This document shows, in pieces, positions 14,601 to 24,586 of a DNA stretch of 36,171 nt. Within the stretch, counting starts at the first letter, position 1; every line of letters starts with the position of its first letter. The position numbers were made by a program, and so were the translations under genes. The notes beneath the pieces were generated by a model. The model had not been told where the DNA came from and did not search any database. It saw nothing but the letters and a program-made list of their open reading frames with translations. Source of the stretch: a virus (taxonomy: Duplodnaviria; Caudoviricetes); the IMG/VR virus record IMGVR_UViG_3300042109_000082, positions 1 to 36,171 of that record. One strand, 5' to 3'.

Positions 14601-15152
14601 CTAACTGACCGCAGACCACTTTCCGATAGGGCAGGACTCGCTCGGCAGGCGCACCTTGAGGGCCGTGAAGCACCCGCACTTGCGGCACTTCGAGCCCGTC
14701 CAGTTCTCGCAGCCCTTGCAGATCGCAAGCCGCTGCTGCGCCATCGGGCTGTCGGGTGTCACGAGCGCGGCCATCGCCTTCGGCGCGGCCTTCACCATGT
14801 CCCACAAGCCTGCGCCCTCGCGCTCGACCCGCTCGGCCTCGGCCTGCTCCTGCGCGGCCTGCGCGTCCCGCTTCTCCTGCTCGGCGCGATTGAACGCCTC
14901 GGCATCAGGCTCCCCACGCTCATACTCCACCGCCGGAACGGCATATGAGATGACCGGAACCGCCACTCCCGTGCGCTCGTCAGGCACCACGCCATCGGCC
15001 GCGATGGCAGCGCGATCCTCGTCCCAGTACGCGGGGTTGGTCTGTTGCTGCTCGTAGTGCCGTTGCTTGATCGCCGCGCTCGCCAGTGCGATCTCGCGTG
15101 CCATCGTGTAGGAGTACTTCACCCGGAGGCTGTTCGCGTTGAATGGTGTCAT
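14601..15152 (-). CDS. Protein with C-terminal Cys-rich DUF6171-like domain
   Basis: QQRLAICKGC....SKCRKCGCF...KVRLPSESCPIGKW. Confidence 0.75.
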   Translation of the reverse strand: MTPFNANSLRVKYSYTMAREIALASAAIKQRHYEQQQTNPAYWDEDRAAIAADGVVPDERTGVAVPVISYAVPAVEYERGEPDAEAFNRAEQEKRDAQAAQEQAEAERVEREGAGLWDMVKAAPKAMAALVTPDSPMAQQRLAICKGCENWTGSKCRKCGCFTALKVRLPSESCPIGKWSAVS

Positions 15153-16402
15153 GGTGTGCAGGATCGATGCGCTCGGTCGTACCCCACGCAGACGCTCGTG
15201 GAGTAGTCAAGTTCCATCGTATACGAGGGCACATCGCCCGGCTGCCACACCCCGTCCTTCTTCGTCCCGGTATGCGGAATGCGAATGGTCATCTTCGACA
15301 TATTGTTGTCGCAGCAAAGTCTGTTTCGGGATTGCGTGAAGCACCGCACTCCGTTCGATACGGTCAGAGACTCGCCGTTACAGGTGTCGGTGATTCGCTC
15401 CACGATCTCGTCAGAATTGCAAGCGATGTCGATAGAGGTCTCGACCGTGTTCGATCCAAAGCAGTCGGTGTCAGTTTCGATTCGCGTCACGCCCAACCGC
15501 TTGCCCGCATCGGCGCAGCTCGGCGCGTTCAACGCGAGCGTGTCGCAGTAGTTGTTCGAGAAGTTCAGCGGGCCGAGGGTGACCGTTTCTTCGACGCTCG
15601 AGGCCGTCTGAATGCGCTCCGTCACGATGTCGAACCACACCTTGATGACGCAGGTCGGGTTGTAGGTTGTCGGTCGCTGACAGGGACTTGGCTGCGTGTT
15701 GTTGCCGCCCGGTCGAGGGCCGACTGGCGGGATGACCGGAGGGCCGACACCACCACCGCCGCCGCCCGCGCCCCCCGTGTCACATTGCGAACGCTGCGCG
15801 TCGGTGAAGGTGCTGCACGGGCCAGCGCCCAACACTCGCACGCCGGGCTGCTCAAGACTCGGACAGCCAATACGAACATCCGTCGCCTGTCCGTTGATGC
15901 AAGCGCATACGAGACAGTTTGTCCCGCAGTTGGTGCCAACGCTCCATCCGCCGTCTTGAACCAAGCCTTGCGAGGCTCGCAGTGCAATGCATTGGCACTT
16001 CGTCACATTGTCGGTGCAGTTGCATTCTGTACAGCACGATCCAGTCCTGCTGTCGCACGGCACATTACACTCGCTGCTCGCACAAGCCCCCGCCACATTC
16101 AGCCACAGACCCCTATATCCGGGCTGACATTCCGGACGCGAGAACAAGTGTGCCGACTGCGTGTAGCCGATGTATGCAAACGCGCCGGAGGTATCAACCT
16201 TGCGACAGCAGTAGCAACGGAGACACGAATCGGGACAAGTGGTTGCTGCTCCCTGCCATGCACCACCGATGCGACGGCATTCGCATTCCGTTGTCTGTTC
16301 GCAGCCCGGAGGCGTGTTCAGGTCGCCGCGTGTGCAGCAAGCCCCGAGCGGCCCGTTATCGCACGGATCGGCATCGCAGCAGCAGTTTCGATCCGCGCTC
16401 AT
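15149..16402 (-). CDS. Cys-rich tail-tip/fibre-like protein with G(A/S)CC repeats
   Basis: NCCCD, LGACCT...C...TECEC...GG.WQG..T.C and TGSCCT...C...V.KCQC...GG.W..GT.C repeats; Gly/Pro linker. Confidence 0.75.
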   Translation of the reverse strand: MSADRNCCCDADPCDNGPLGACCTRGDLNTPPGCEQTTECECRRIGGAWQGAATTCPDSCLRCYCCRKVDTSGAFAYIGYTQSAHLFSRPECQPGYRGLWLNVAGACASSECNVPCDSRTGSCCTECNCTDNVTKCQCIALRASQGLVQDGGWSVGTNCGTNCLVCACINGQATDVRIGCPSLEQPGVRVLGAGPCSTFTDAQRSQCDTGGAGGGGGGVGPPVIPPVGPRPGGNNTQPSPCQRPTTYNPTCVIKVWFDIVTERIQTASSVEETVTLGPLNFSNNYCDTLALNAPSCADAGKRLGVTRIETDTDCFGSNTVETSIDIACNSDEIVERITDTCNGESLTVSNGVRCFTQSRNRLCCDNNMSKMTIRIPHTGTKKDGVWQPGDVPSYTMELDYSTSVCVGYDRAHRSCTP

Positions 16403-16719
16403 GCACCGACAACACCGGAGGCCACGAGGCTACAGCTCGTCGCGTTACTGCAGTACGCACGCAGTTGATGGCCGTCCGGGACAAGGATGTTGGACAGCAT
16501 CACATATCCGTAGCCCGTGATGTCGTAATGGTTCAGGATGTAGTCGCCGTGCGTCATCTGCGCCGTGCCTCGCACGATGCCGACATACACATGGTGCGTG
16601 CTGTTGCTGCTGTTGCTGATGTAAAGGCTCTTGAAGAACAACGCCTGCCCTTCAAGGCCCGTAGCCACGGCCTGCTCGACATCTGTGATCGCGAATCGGA
16701 TGAGGACGGGCTGGCTCAT
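16399..16719 (-). CDS. Small beta-rich virion protein
   Basis: ORF track; ATGA-coupled within the tail operon; alternating hydrophobic pattern. Confidence 0.7.
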   Translation of the reverse strand: MSQPVLIRFAITDVEQAVATGLEGQALFFKSLYISNSSNSTHHVYVGIVRGTAQMTHGDYILNHYDITGYGYVMLSNILVPDGHQLRAYCSNATSCSLVASGVVGA

Positions 16720-19688
16720 GCTGTTTCGATGATACCCGCGAGTTCGCTATCCGTAGCCTTCGCGGCACCACTCGCACCCATGTAGGGCCAAGTCGGCGCG
16801 GTCAACGGCGCAAAGCCGCCCGCCGGGGCAGGGGCGCAGCGCACTTCGACATCCGGCTGCACCGCGATCCAGTACGAGGTGAAGCCGAGGCGGTTCGTCA
16901 CCTCATACACCGGAACGATGTCGAGCTTCGGCGTGTAGGGCCGACGAATCGGCTCGTCGCCCGCCGGGCCGAAGTCCCAGTTGAAAGGCATCCCGCCGAC
17001 GCTGTGCGGCCATTGCAGGGTCGTTCCGGTCTGCGGGTTGGGGTTGAACCACTGCTCGTAGAGGTTGAACGCCACGCCCGCGCAGAGGCCCTTGTAGCCA
17101 AGCGCACTGCCGCTCGACCAGTACATTGTGAACGGGTTCGCGTCCGGCGCAGCCTCCACGAAGAAGTAGCGGTTCATGTAGAAACGCTGCTCGAGGACAG
17201 TCGTGGGATCTTCCGTAAACGCCTGCTGCACGCCGATCACGCGGGCCATGAAGATCCGCACCACATTTGACCGCTCGGTTCGCCGCAGGCTCGTGTGCTT
17301 CACGCCGCTGACCATTGCAGCCGTCACGCCTGCGCCGCTCGTATGCGCTTCGACCTTTGCGCCCTGCGGGTACAGGAGCGGGTGGTTGTTGTGGCCTCGA
17401 ATGCGGTACTCGACGCTCGGGATTCCGATGGTGCCGAATCGGATCGTCTCGTACTGCAAGCCCACGCTCGGGGTGATCTGCGACAAGCGACCCTGCGCCA
17501 TCGGGTCAGGCATCCGCGTAAACACCGCCTCGCCATCCGACACCTGTCGGAGGTAGTCCATACGCGCCTTCAGAAGTTCACGGCGACCCTTCAGCGTCGT
17601 GTCGAATCGCTCGGCAAAGCTGTAGTCGAACACCATGCCCGCGTCGGTGGGTGTCGGCGTGACGGTGTTCGGGTCGAGCGACTTGATCGCGGTACGCAGC
17701 AGACCGCTCGTGTAGTTCCACGGCACCTCGTAGTCCACGACCGGATCGGGCGAGATGTACTTGTCCACGCGCGTGTTCGTGTTGCCCAATCCCTTCGGGC
17801 CACCGACAGAGAGCCAGTACTCCGGGCCATTCACGAACGAGCCGCCCGTCGCGGCGTTGTGATTCGTTCCCGGCAGGAACGCAGGCACCAATCCGTTCGG
17901 CGTGCTGTGGCCGATCATGGCCGGGATGTGATCGCGAATCTCGACGGTCGTGTGCGTCGGGCCTGCCACATCCGTGTGCCACAGCGTTGGCGTTCGACTG
18001 TTCAGGCCGTTGACGAACCGGGTAGAGATGACCCCATCCGTGGTCTCATGGCTTCGGCAGTCCACGAGGTGCGCGTAGGTGTGCGCGACATTATCCGCAC
18101 CGTATCCATAGGGCGCGATCCACGGGATGTTGTACGCCTCGCTGCGCTCCGGCCCGAGACGGGAGCAGTAGAACGCCTCATGCGACACGACCACCGTCTG
18201 CGGGAGGTCGAGCGTCATCGTGTTGATGTAGCCCGCCACGCGATAGTCGGCCATGGTGGACAGCCAGTTCGGAAGGTTAGGGACGGTTCCTGCGGTCTGC
18301 GTTCCGTGCGCTCGAGCGAGCGACAGCACGAGCGACAGGGATCGAGCGTCGTACAGCCACACGCAGCCATGCCGCTGTGCGACGATGTCCAACGCCTCCC
18401 CAAGTGTCATGCCGCGAAAATCGAGGTTCACGATGTCGCCATCGTCAAAGGCCGCCGCGCCCGCAGGCTTCCCGAGCTGCGCGTCATAGAGCGCAAGATC
18501 CAAGCCCAGCACGCCATTCGTCGCGAACAGCACTTGAGCAGCTAACGCACGCAGGATCTCGTCCCGGCTGTAGGGCCGTTGGATATGCGTCAAAGCCGCC
18601 GCCGTGTTTGTCCAGTTCCGACCCGGCACTTGCAGCGATGCCTTCCAACTGGGGGCCGTCGTTTCGCCCTGCACATAGGACGGATCTTCAAAGCCGGGGA
18701 AGTCGAGAACGGCAGGCGGGTAGGTGACCGTCGCGGCCACGGTGTTCGCCTCGAACGCGACGGGCGGATCAGCGAGCATATTCACGCAGCCGAGAGCCAT
18801 GCCGCCGTAGTACTGCTGTTGATTCGTGTTGTTCGTGCTGTCCGTGATCGCGCCGCTGCTCGTGATTCCGTCATGGATCAAGTCCGACCGGAACTCGAGC
18901 GACCGAATGCCGCGCAGCATCGAACGGACATCGGTCAACTCCATAACGAACAGCGTGTCGTTCTGCTGCGGGCGACCGCTCAAGTTCACGGCAGACGAGG
19001 CTGCACCGCTGCGGCGCAGTTCTTTGATACTGGTGCAGATCAGGCCCGCGAACACCATCGAGCGCGGCGCACCGAGCGGCATTTCCACGGCATTGGTGCC
19101 GCCCGTCAGCGTCGAGAGCATGGACATCGCTTCCGCTCTGCGGGTCGAGATGTCATCTCGCGAGCGGAGGATCTCGGCTCCTACAGGCTGACGCATCGCG
19201 CCATAGTCGCGCTCCTGCTCGTTCATCGGGACATCCTGAACGATTGGCGGTGCGGTCTCGGCCTGCGGCGCAGCCTCCTCCGGTGGGTTCACGCTCTCGT
19301 CCCGGATCGGATTCGGGATGCCGGGGTTGTTGATGATCGCGAGCTGCGGCTGCGGAAGGCTTGCGGCATCGGCGGGCAACTGAACGAGGCCGCGCTCCGT
19401 TGTGCCGCCCTGCTCCGACAGGTACAGCGTCCACTTCAACGGCTCGTTCCCGTTCAGGGTCGCGATGGCATTGCTCGTCGTTCCCGCGAAGGTGTCGCTG
19501 ATCGGATGCACGAGGACGCTGATGCGTGCGCTCTCGCAAGCTCCTACAAGCGGATTCTGCACCACATTGATCGCGTCCGCGTCGTAGCCATTGGCCCGCA
19601 GCAGCGCGTCGAGTTCCTCGCTGCGCCTGACGATGCGAAGCTGCGTGTAGTCCGTGTCGTTGTCGAGCCAGCCGGAGATGCCTGCCAT
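16716..19688 (-). CDS. Large tail protein (baseplate hub/Tal-like candidate)
   Basis: 990 aa, second gene after the tape-measure candidate; VNLDFRGMTLGEALDIVAQRHGCVWLYD resembles a hub-protein domain. Confidence 0.65.
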   Translation of the reverse strand: MAGISGWLDNDTDYTQLRIVRRSEELDALLRANGYDADAINVVQNPLVGACESARISVLVHPISDTFAGTTSNAIATLNGNEPLKWTLYLSEQGGTTERGLVQLPADAASLPQPQLAIINNPGIPNPIRDESVNPPEEAAPQAETAPPIVQDVPMNEQERDYGAMRQPVGAEILRSRDDISTRRAEAMSMLSTLTGGTNAVEMPLGAPRSMVFAGLICTSIKELRRSGAASSAVNLSGRPQQNDTLFVMELTDVRSMLRGIRSLEFRSDLIHDGITSSGAITDSTNNTNQQQYYGGMALGCVNMLADPPVAFEANTVAATVTYPPAVLDFPGFEDPSYVQGETTAPSWKASLQVPGRNWTNTAAALTHIQRPYSRDEILRALAAQVLFATNGVLGLDLALYDAQLGKPAGAAAFDDGDIVNLDFRGMTLGEALDIVAQRHGCVWLYDARSLSLVLSLARAHGTQTAGTVPNLPNWLSTMADYRVAGYINTMTLDLPQTVVVSHEAFYCSRLGPERSEAYNIPWIAPYGYGADNVAHTYAHLVDCRSHETTDGVISTRFVNGLNSRTPTLWHTDVAGPTHTTVEIRDHIPAMIGHSTPNGLVPAFLPGTNHNAATGGSFVNGPEYWLSVGGPKGLGNTNTRVDKYISPDPVVDYEVPWNYTSGLLRTAIKSLDPNTVTPTPTDAGMVFDYSFAERFDTTLKGRRELLKARMDYLRQVSDGEAVFTRMPDPMAQGRLSQITPSVGLQYETIRFGTIGIPSVEYRIRGHNNHPLLYPQGAKVEAHTSGAGVTAAMVSGVKHTSLRRTERSNVVRIFMARVIGVQQAFTEDPTTVLEQRFYMNRYFFVEAAPDANPFTMYWSSGSALGYKGLCAGVAFNLYEQWFNPNPQTGTTLQWPHSVGGMPFNWDFGPAGDEPIRRPYTPKLDIVPVYEVTNRLGFTSYWIAVQPDVEVRCAPAPAGGFAPLTAPTWPYMGASGAAKATDSELAGIIETA

Positions 19689-19703
19689 GCGTGCATCCTA
19701 CGG

Positions 19704-21599
19704 TCATGCACCCGTACTGCTCGGGTCAAGGTAATCCTGCGGCGCGATTGTGCCGTTCCGGTTCTCTTGGTTCGTGACCTCGACGCTGCCGGAGTACGGG
19801 TTGCGCGGCAGTTGCAGGGTCTCGGGCATCCACACGGCGCGATTCGGGCCGGATTCGCCTCCGATGTACCGCCGGAGGTGTGCGCTGTTGGCGACCGACA
19901 CTTGCAGGCGGCGGGTCGCCCGGATCGCGATGATGCGGTTTCCGCTTGCGTCTGGCGGGCCGTCGTTCATCTGAATGTCCTGCGACACGACGGCGTAGCG
20001 ATCATCCACGCGCGGCCAAGGAACGGCCATGCCCTTCACTTTCGTGCTCATCTCGACGGTCTGAACGATGAACACCTTCGGCAGCGACATCTGAAACGCG
20101 AACTGATGCTCGCCGCCCATCGTCTCCATCTGCGAGAACCGGGTGTCCATGCTGACGCTCTGCGAGGCGCGGTAGGCGATGATGCCCGGCGCATCGTCTT
20201 CGAGGATTGAGTCGGGCGTTTCTCCATCCTGCGGGGGACGCGCGACATCGCCCCTGTCGTTCAGGTCGATTGGAAGCTTCTGTGCCTGAACATCAGACGA
20301 GTCTACCGTGACCGCCGTCGCCTGCGTCGTGCCTGCGAGTTCCGTCCAAGTGTTCGACAGCGTGCAGGGGTCGAACTTGAACTTCGGCGAGTAGCCCACA
20401 CCGTAGGTCGAGAATCCGTAGGGCGACGAGTACAGCGGACGCTCGCCGTTGGGATTGGGGTGCGAGAAGAGGTACTTGTAGAGCCACTGGTCTACAGATC
20501 CGATTGGCTCATTCTGTGGCGTTGCAACGGGAACGCCCCACGCGGTGATTTCCAGAACGATCTCGTTCCGCTTGAACAGCGACGGCTCGCTGATCTTGAA
20601 AGTCCGAATCGTGTCAGGATTCGGCGGCATGAAGCGAATGCGCGTGAGCGCGATCTCCAATGCGCGGAAGAACAGGGCCGCGCGAAGCGTTCGGTAGTCC
20701 GTCGCTCCCGGCACGGTCGTTTGTAGATCCGTGGTCTCAATCGGCGGGCCGATCAGCGTGCATCGGAACACCTTGGTTCCCATCTCATTCCCGTCAAGGC
20801 CGCGCTCGTAGTCGAACGAGGCATCGCCCGAAAGTGCGGGATATGGCAGACTCGCAGCCACTTGCGTGTCCGTGACATGAAACACGAGCGTTCTCTGATC
20901 CGGCTCAACAAAGAACTCCTGCTTGGTTCGCTTGAACCCCTTCGGAGTCAGGCCCGCCACGAAGAGCCGATAGTCGCTCGGACTAGCCGAGTAGTTCGTC
21001 GGCGTTGCGGCAAGGTCTGTGATGTTGTTGTACGGCTTGGTCGATGTGGGCACCGTTTGCGCCTGCACCGGAATCGATGATGGCCCGCCCGTGCCAGAGT
21101 TCGACGCACTCACGGTCAGATAGCCGCGCCGATCAATCGTGGACACGCCCTCTTCATCGATGTTGTGCGTGATCGTGATTTCCGCACGCTGAATCGGGCT
21201 GCTGTTGCAGTTATTCCAAACGAACGAGAAGCCGATGACAAAGGTGCCCGTGTACCCGCCCGTGATCTCGGTGACATTCACCGAAGGCAGTGGCCCCTTG
21301 CTGACATCCCGAATGCTCGTCAGGCCGACCGTGCTATCGTCGGAGCCCGTCGCGAGGTTCAGCGTCGTGGCATTGTCATCGAACTTGATCGACAGCAACT
21401 TGCCCGGCACATTCAGCGTGTTGCGAATGTCGGCGAGGGCCGTGTTGAATGCCGAGGCGTTCTTGTAGATGCCCACGCCCTCGAGCGTGTGCTTCTTGCC
21501 CGTGCGGTTTCGGTTGTTGCTCTCGAACTCGTTCTCGGTGACGAACCGCGAGATCTTGCAGCTTGTGATGGCGATGCCGTTGTAGGTGACCGTTGCCAT
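19704..21599 (-). CDS. Tail protein (distal-tail-like candidate)
   Basis: 631 aa, begins MATVTYNGI, directly follows the tape-measure candidate; positional call. Confidence 0.6.
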   Translation of the reverse strand: MATVTYNGIAITSCKISRFVTENEFESNNRNRTGKKHTLEGVGIYKNASAFNTALADIRNTLNVPGKLLSIKFDDNATTLNLATGSDDSTVGLTSIRDVSKGPLPSVNVTEITGGYTGTFVIGFSFVWNNCNSSPIQRAEITITHNIDEEGVSTIDRRGYLTVSASNSGTGGPSSIPVQAQTVPTSTKPYNNITDLAATPTNYSASPSDYRLFVAGLTPKGFKRTKQEFFVEPDQRTLVFHVTDTQVAASLPYPALSGDASFDYERGLDGNEMGTKVFRCTLIGPPIETTDLQTTVPGATDYRTLRAALFFRALEIALTRIRFMPPNPDTIRTFKISEPSLFKRNEIVLEITAWGVPVATPQNEPIGSVDQWLYKYLFSHPNPNGERPLYSSPYGFSTYGVGYSPKFKFDPCTLSNTWTELAGTTQATAVTVDSSDVQAQKLPIDLNDRGDVARPPQDGETPDSILEDDAPGIIAYRASQSVSMDTRFSQMETMGGEHQFAFQMSLPKVFIVQTVEMSTKVKGMAVPWPRVDDRYAVVSQDIQMNDGPPDASGNRIIAIRATRRLQVSVANSAHLRRYIGGESGPNRAVWMPETLQLPRNPYSGSVEVTNQENRNGTIAPQDYLDPSSTGA

Positions 21600-21608
21600 G
21601 CTCGCGCC

Positions 21609-22568
21609 TTATGGGTAGGTGCTGCCGGGAGGACGGAAGAACGGAGCCTGCCCGCCGGGCGTGGCATACGCGGGCTGACCCGTGATGCCGTACAGCGGCG
21701 AAATCGATGCGATCTCGCGGAGCTGCGAAGCCGCCCAGTCGGCACCGTTGCCCTGCGGCGCGGTGTTTGTTGCAATCTGATTGATGCCTTGCAAGACGCT
21801 CTGCATCACGCCAGAAATGGCCGCCAGCGGAGCCTGAACTCCGGTCATAACGCCTCCAACCTTTTGGCCCACCGCGTTACCAATTAGGTAGCCGACAACA
21901 GATGAGCCCGGCAATGGAATCAGATTTGCTCCTGCTGTGAAAAGATAGGTGGTAGCGATTTGTGATGCCTTTCCCAAATACCCCGACCACTCGATCAGCA
22001 CATCGAGTACCCCGATCAGCACCTCGATGAGTTTGGGAAGTGACTTATTCAGTTCCGTGAGGATTGCGTTCATGGTCGCCAAGATCACGCCCGCCACCAA
22101 TCCGAGAATCGCCTGAAACAGCATCTTCCACGGCTCGAGCAGGCGCATCAGTTCGCGGTACCACCGCAGCACCATCGCGTAGAGCGGCCCGAGAACTTGC
22201 GCCTCGCGGACTTGCTGCTGAATGGCCTGCACCTTCCCGGCGACATTCTCGAACATGACCTCGGGCGAGTACTTGCCGCGCTCGCGGAATTCCGAAGCCA
22301 CCTGACTGACGAACTGATATGCACGCTGGATGACATCCACAACCTGCCGCAGCGCATTCTTGAGTGCATCCTTTATTTCTACTGCTTTCTTCCCAATTTC
22401 GGCTCCGACCGCAGCTCCCGCCGGGCCGCCGAATGCTGTTCCAATCGCAGCACCAACGGTTTCCATCTGACCACCCATACCGCCACCCATCGCGGTAGGT
22501 TCCGGCCCGGTCGTGCCACCCGACAGGCTTCCGAAGTCGATCTTGATGTGTCCGAGGTCTTCAGCCAT
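21609..22568 (-). CDS. Short tape-measure-like protein
   Basis: MAEDLGHIKIDF start, GAAIGTAFGGPAGAAVGA, long amphipathic/hydrophobic helices; only 319 aa. Confidence 0.6.
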   Translation of the reverse strand: MAEDLGHIKIDFGSLSGGTTGPEPTAMGGGMGGQMETVGAAIGTAFGGPAGAAVGAEIGKKAVEIKDALKNALRQVVDVIQRAYQFVSQVASEFRERGKYSPEVMFENVAGKVQAIQQQVREAQVLGPLYAMVLRWYRELMRLLEPWKMLFQAILGLVAGVILATMNAILTELNKSLPKLIEVLIGVLDVLIEWSGYLGKASQIATTYLFTAGANLIPLPGSSVVGYLIGNAVGQKVGGVMTGVQAPLAAISGVMQSVLQGINQIATNTAPQGNGADWAASQLREIASISPLYGITGQPAYATPGGQAPFFRPPGSTYP

Positions 22569-23052
22569 CGTTCATCACTCGCAGCATGGTGCGGAACTGC
22601 CCGTATGCACTCGCCAGTCCTTCGACATCGTCGTGCGCCCCGCCCTCGACGCGAAGCAGCACTTGCGCCGAGGACGAGGCGTTGGTCATGGCCCACCCTG
22701 AAATGCCCGAAGCAACCGCGACCGCCAATGGAAACGCGCCGCGCGGCATGGTGCCGACTCCGGGCGCATCGCCGAGCAGTCGCTTGGTTTCGCGCTTGCC
22801 AAGGTCGAACTCGACCTTGACCACGGCGTGAACCTTGTACTCCATCGTCATCGCATTCACGCTCGACTGCTCGCCAATCGTCTGAATACTCAACGGCTCG
22901 ATCTGAATGCTCGGCGCGGCACTCGACTGGAGGCGCAGTTTGTCCACCACGAACGCCCGCGTGCCCGCAAGCGTGGCAGGCAACTGTGCGACGATCCGCG
23001 CCGACAGGGCGGCGAAGAAGGTCTCGAGCGTCGTGGAGGCCGTCACACTCAC
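22561..23052 (-). CDS. Tail completion/terminator-like protein
   Basis: 163 aa; N-terminal helix, P.I.I motif and beta strands typical of the gpU/gp37 size class; inference. Confidence 0.5.
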   Translation of the reverse strand: MSVTASTTLETFFAALSARIVAQLPATLAGTRAFVVDKLRLQSSAAPSIQIEPLSIQTIGEQSSVNAMTMEYKVHAVVKVEFDLGKRETKRLLGDAPGVGTMPRGAFPLAVAVASGISGWAMTNASSSAQVLLRVEGGAHDDVEGLASAYGQFRTMLRVMNDG

Positions 23053-24320
23053 GGAATCACCGAGTTGTTCACCGTGGGCGATCCGCTCGTCGGAACTTCG
23101 ATGCCGTTGGCGAACGGCGCGAAGAACCGCTCCGTGTAGGACAGAACCGACGAGGCGTAGTCATTCGTGATCGCTACGGTCATTCGGTCACCGATGCGCC
23201 AATCCGTGCCGCCGCCGATGATCTGAAAGAACTGCCCATTCGTGCCCTGCTGCGGAGGTGCGAAGAGGAACATACAGTCCACGGCAACGGTCACGCCCGC
23301 ATCGACATTCCGGGTGAGATACACGGTCACCGTTTCCTCTGGCGCAGTCCACGCGTGCTGATAGGAGCCGGAGTACAGCGTCCATGTCGATCCCGCCGCG
23401 TTGATCGCAGCAGCGGTCGCGGTCACGGTCGCGTAGCCCGTTCCGCTGCTCGTCTGCAATTCCATTTCGACATCAGCCGTCGCCGTCCCAGCGACTCGCC
23501 GTGCCCAAAATCCGAACACCACACGCTTTCCCGGCCCGATGGCTGTCGTGCCTCCGATCTGCTGCGTCATCACTACAGGCCCGGCGCTGTTCTGAATCAA
23601 CAGCGCGGACGAGTTCCGCAGAGGGTTCGCGGTGTATTGCGCGATGTAACTGGTCGGCATCGAAAGCGTCCACCCATCGGGCGCACTGCTCGTCCAGTTC
23701 TCGAACGAACCGTTCGTGAGGAGATTCTGATTCGTGTAATCCGAGGACACCATCGTGGTGTTCAGCCCCGTTCCCCCAGGCCATTGGCTGTCTGTAATGC
23801 TCGGGTAGGGCGTGCTTCCGGTCACGCGGAACACCTCGCTACCCGCCACCGATCCGGTGGTCGTGTCGCTGATGCACTCGAACTGAAGCGTATCGATGCG
23901 CGACATCTGCGACGGGCTCGTGTTGAACACGACGGTTCCCGTTCCGGTTCCGGTGCGAGAGACGGCTCCAATCGTCACCGTGTTCTGAAGCAGCGAAGTG
24001 CTGCCAGCCCGCATCTGGCGAACCAGTTCACGCATGGCCGGAAGCGTCTGCTTCGGGATGTTCGCGTTGTCCGAGTTGACCATCTCCGTCAGCGTCTTCA
24101 CGCCGCCCTGCACCGCCGCACTGATGGTTGCGTCCGTGCTGTTGTAGATCGACAGGAACCGCTGAAGCAGCGGCGTGTACATATACCGAGTCGCCGCCGT
24201 GTACTGCGCGTCGAGGTTGGTCACGCGGGTGACAATGCCCGCACGCGCGTCGAGCTGCGTCTTGGCGATGCCAAAATGCCCGCCGAGGCGATTGTAGAGC
24301 GTGGTGAGCGAGACGGTCAT
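23049..24320 (-). CDS. Virion protein with carbohydrate-binding-module-like domain (paralog A)
   Basis: NLLTNGSFENWTSSAPDGWTL...VAVDCMFL; paralog of 13215..14591. Confidence 0.75.
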   Translation of the reverse strand: MTVSLTTLYNRLGGHFGIAKTQLDARAGIVTRVTNLDAQYTAATRYMYTPLLQRFLSIYNSTDATISAAVQGGVKTLTEMVNSDNANIPKQTLPAMRELVRQMRAGSTSLLQNTVTIGAVSRTGTGTGTVVFNTSPSQMSRIDTLQFECISDTTTGSVAGSEVFRVTGSTPYPSITDSQWPGGTGLNTTMVSSDYTNQNLLTNGSFENWTSSAPDGWTLSMPTSYIAQYTANPLRNSSALLIQNSAGPVVMTQQIGGTTAIGPGKRVVFGFWARRVAGTATADVEMELQTSSGTGYATVTATAAAINAAGSTWTLYSGSYQHAWTAPEETVTVYLTRNVDAGVTVAVDCMFLFAPPQQGTNGQFFQIIGGGTDWRIGDRMTVAITNDYASSVLSYTERFFAPFANGIEVPTSGSPTVNNSVIP

Positions 24321-24586
24321 CGGTGCATCCCCATCTTGAGTTCCTGAATCAATTGCTGCGCCGTGGGCGCGGCGTTCGTGTCCGTCGCGAACAGCGAGCG
24401 GTTCAATTCAGCCGTGGCTTCCTTGCTGCCGAACGCCGTGCCGATGGCAAGCATCAGCGGGGTCGCACGCCATCCATGCACCATTCGCATATTCATCATG
24501 CAACCCATCGCAATCTCCGGCGGCATGGCATAAGGTGACACGCCGTAAACAGCCATGAAGAGGCTTACGGCGCGAGTGCTTTTCCC
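24317..24586 (-). CDS. Tail assembly chaperone frameshift extension (gpGT-like, -1 frame)
   Basis: Open -1 frame from GGG AAA AGC (GKSTRAVSLFMAVYG...KMGMHR) ending in an ATGA overlap with the next gene. Confidence 0.75.
   Translation of the reverse strand, partial: GKSTRAVSLFMAVYGVSPYAMPPEIAMGCMMNMRMVHGWRATPLMLAIGTAFGSKEATAELNRSLFATDTNAAPTAQQLIQELKMGMHR

Noticed and set aside
13215-24320. Paralogous receptor-like genes considered as a diversity-generating retroelement or invertible tail cassette
   Set aside because: No reverse transcriptase or invertase, no near-identical TR/VR pair with adenine-specific differences, and both genes are in the same orientation.
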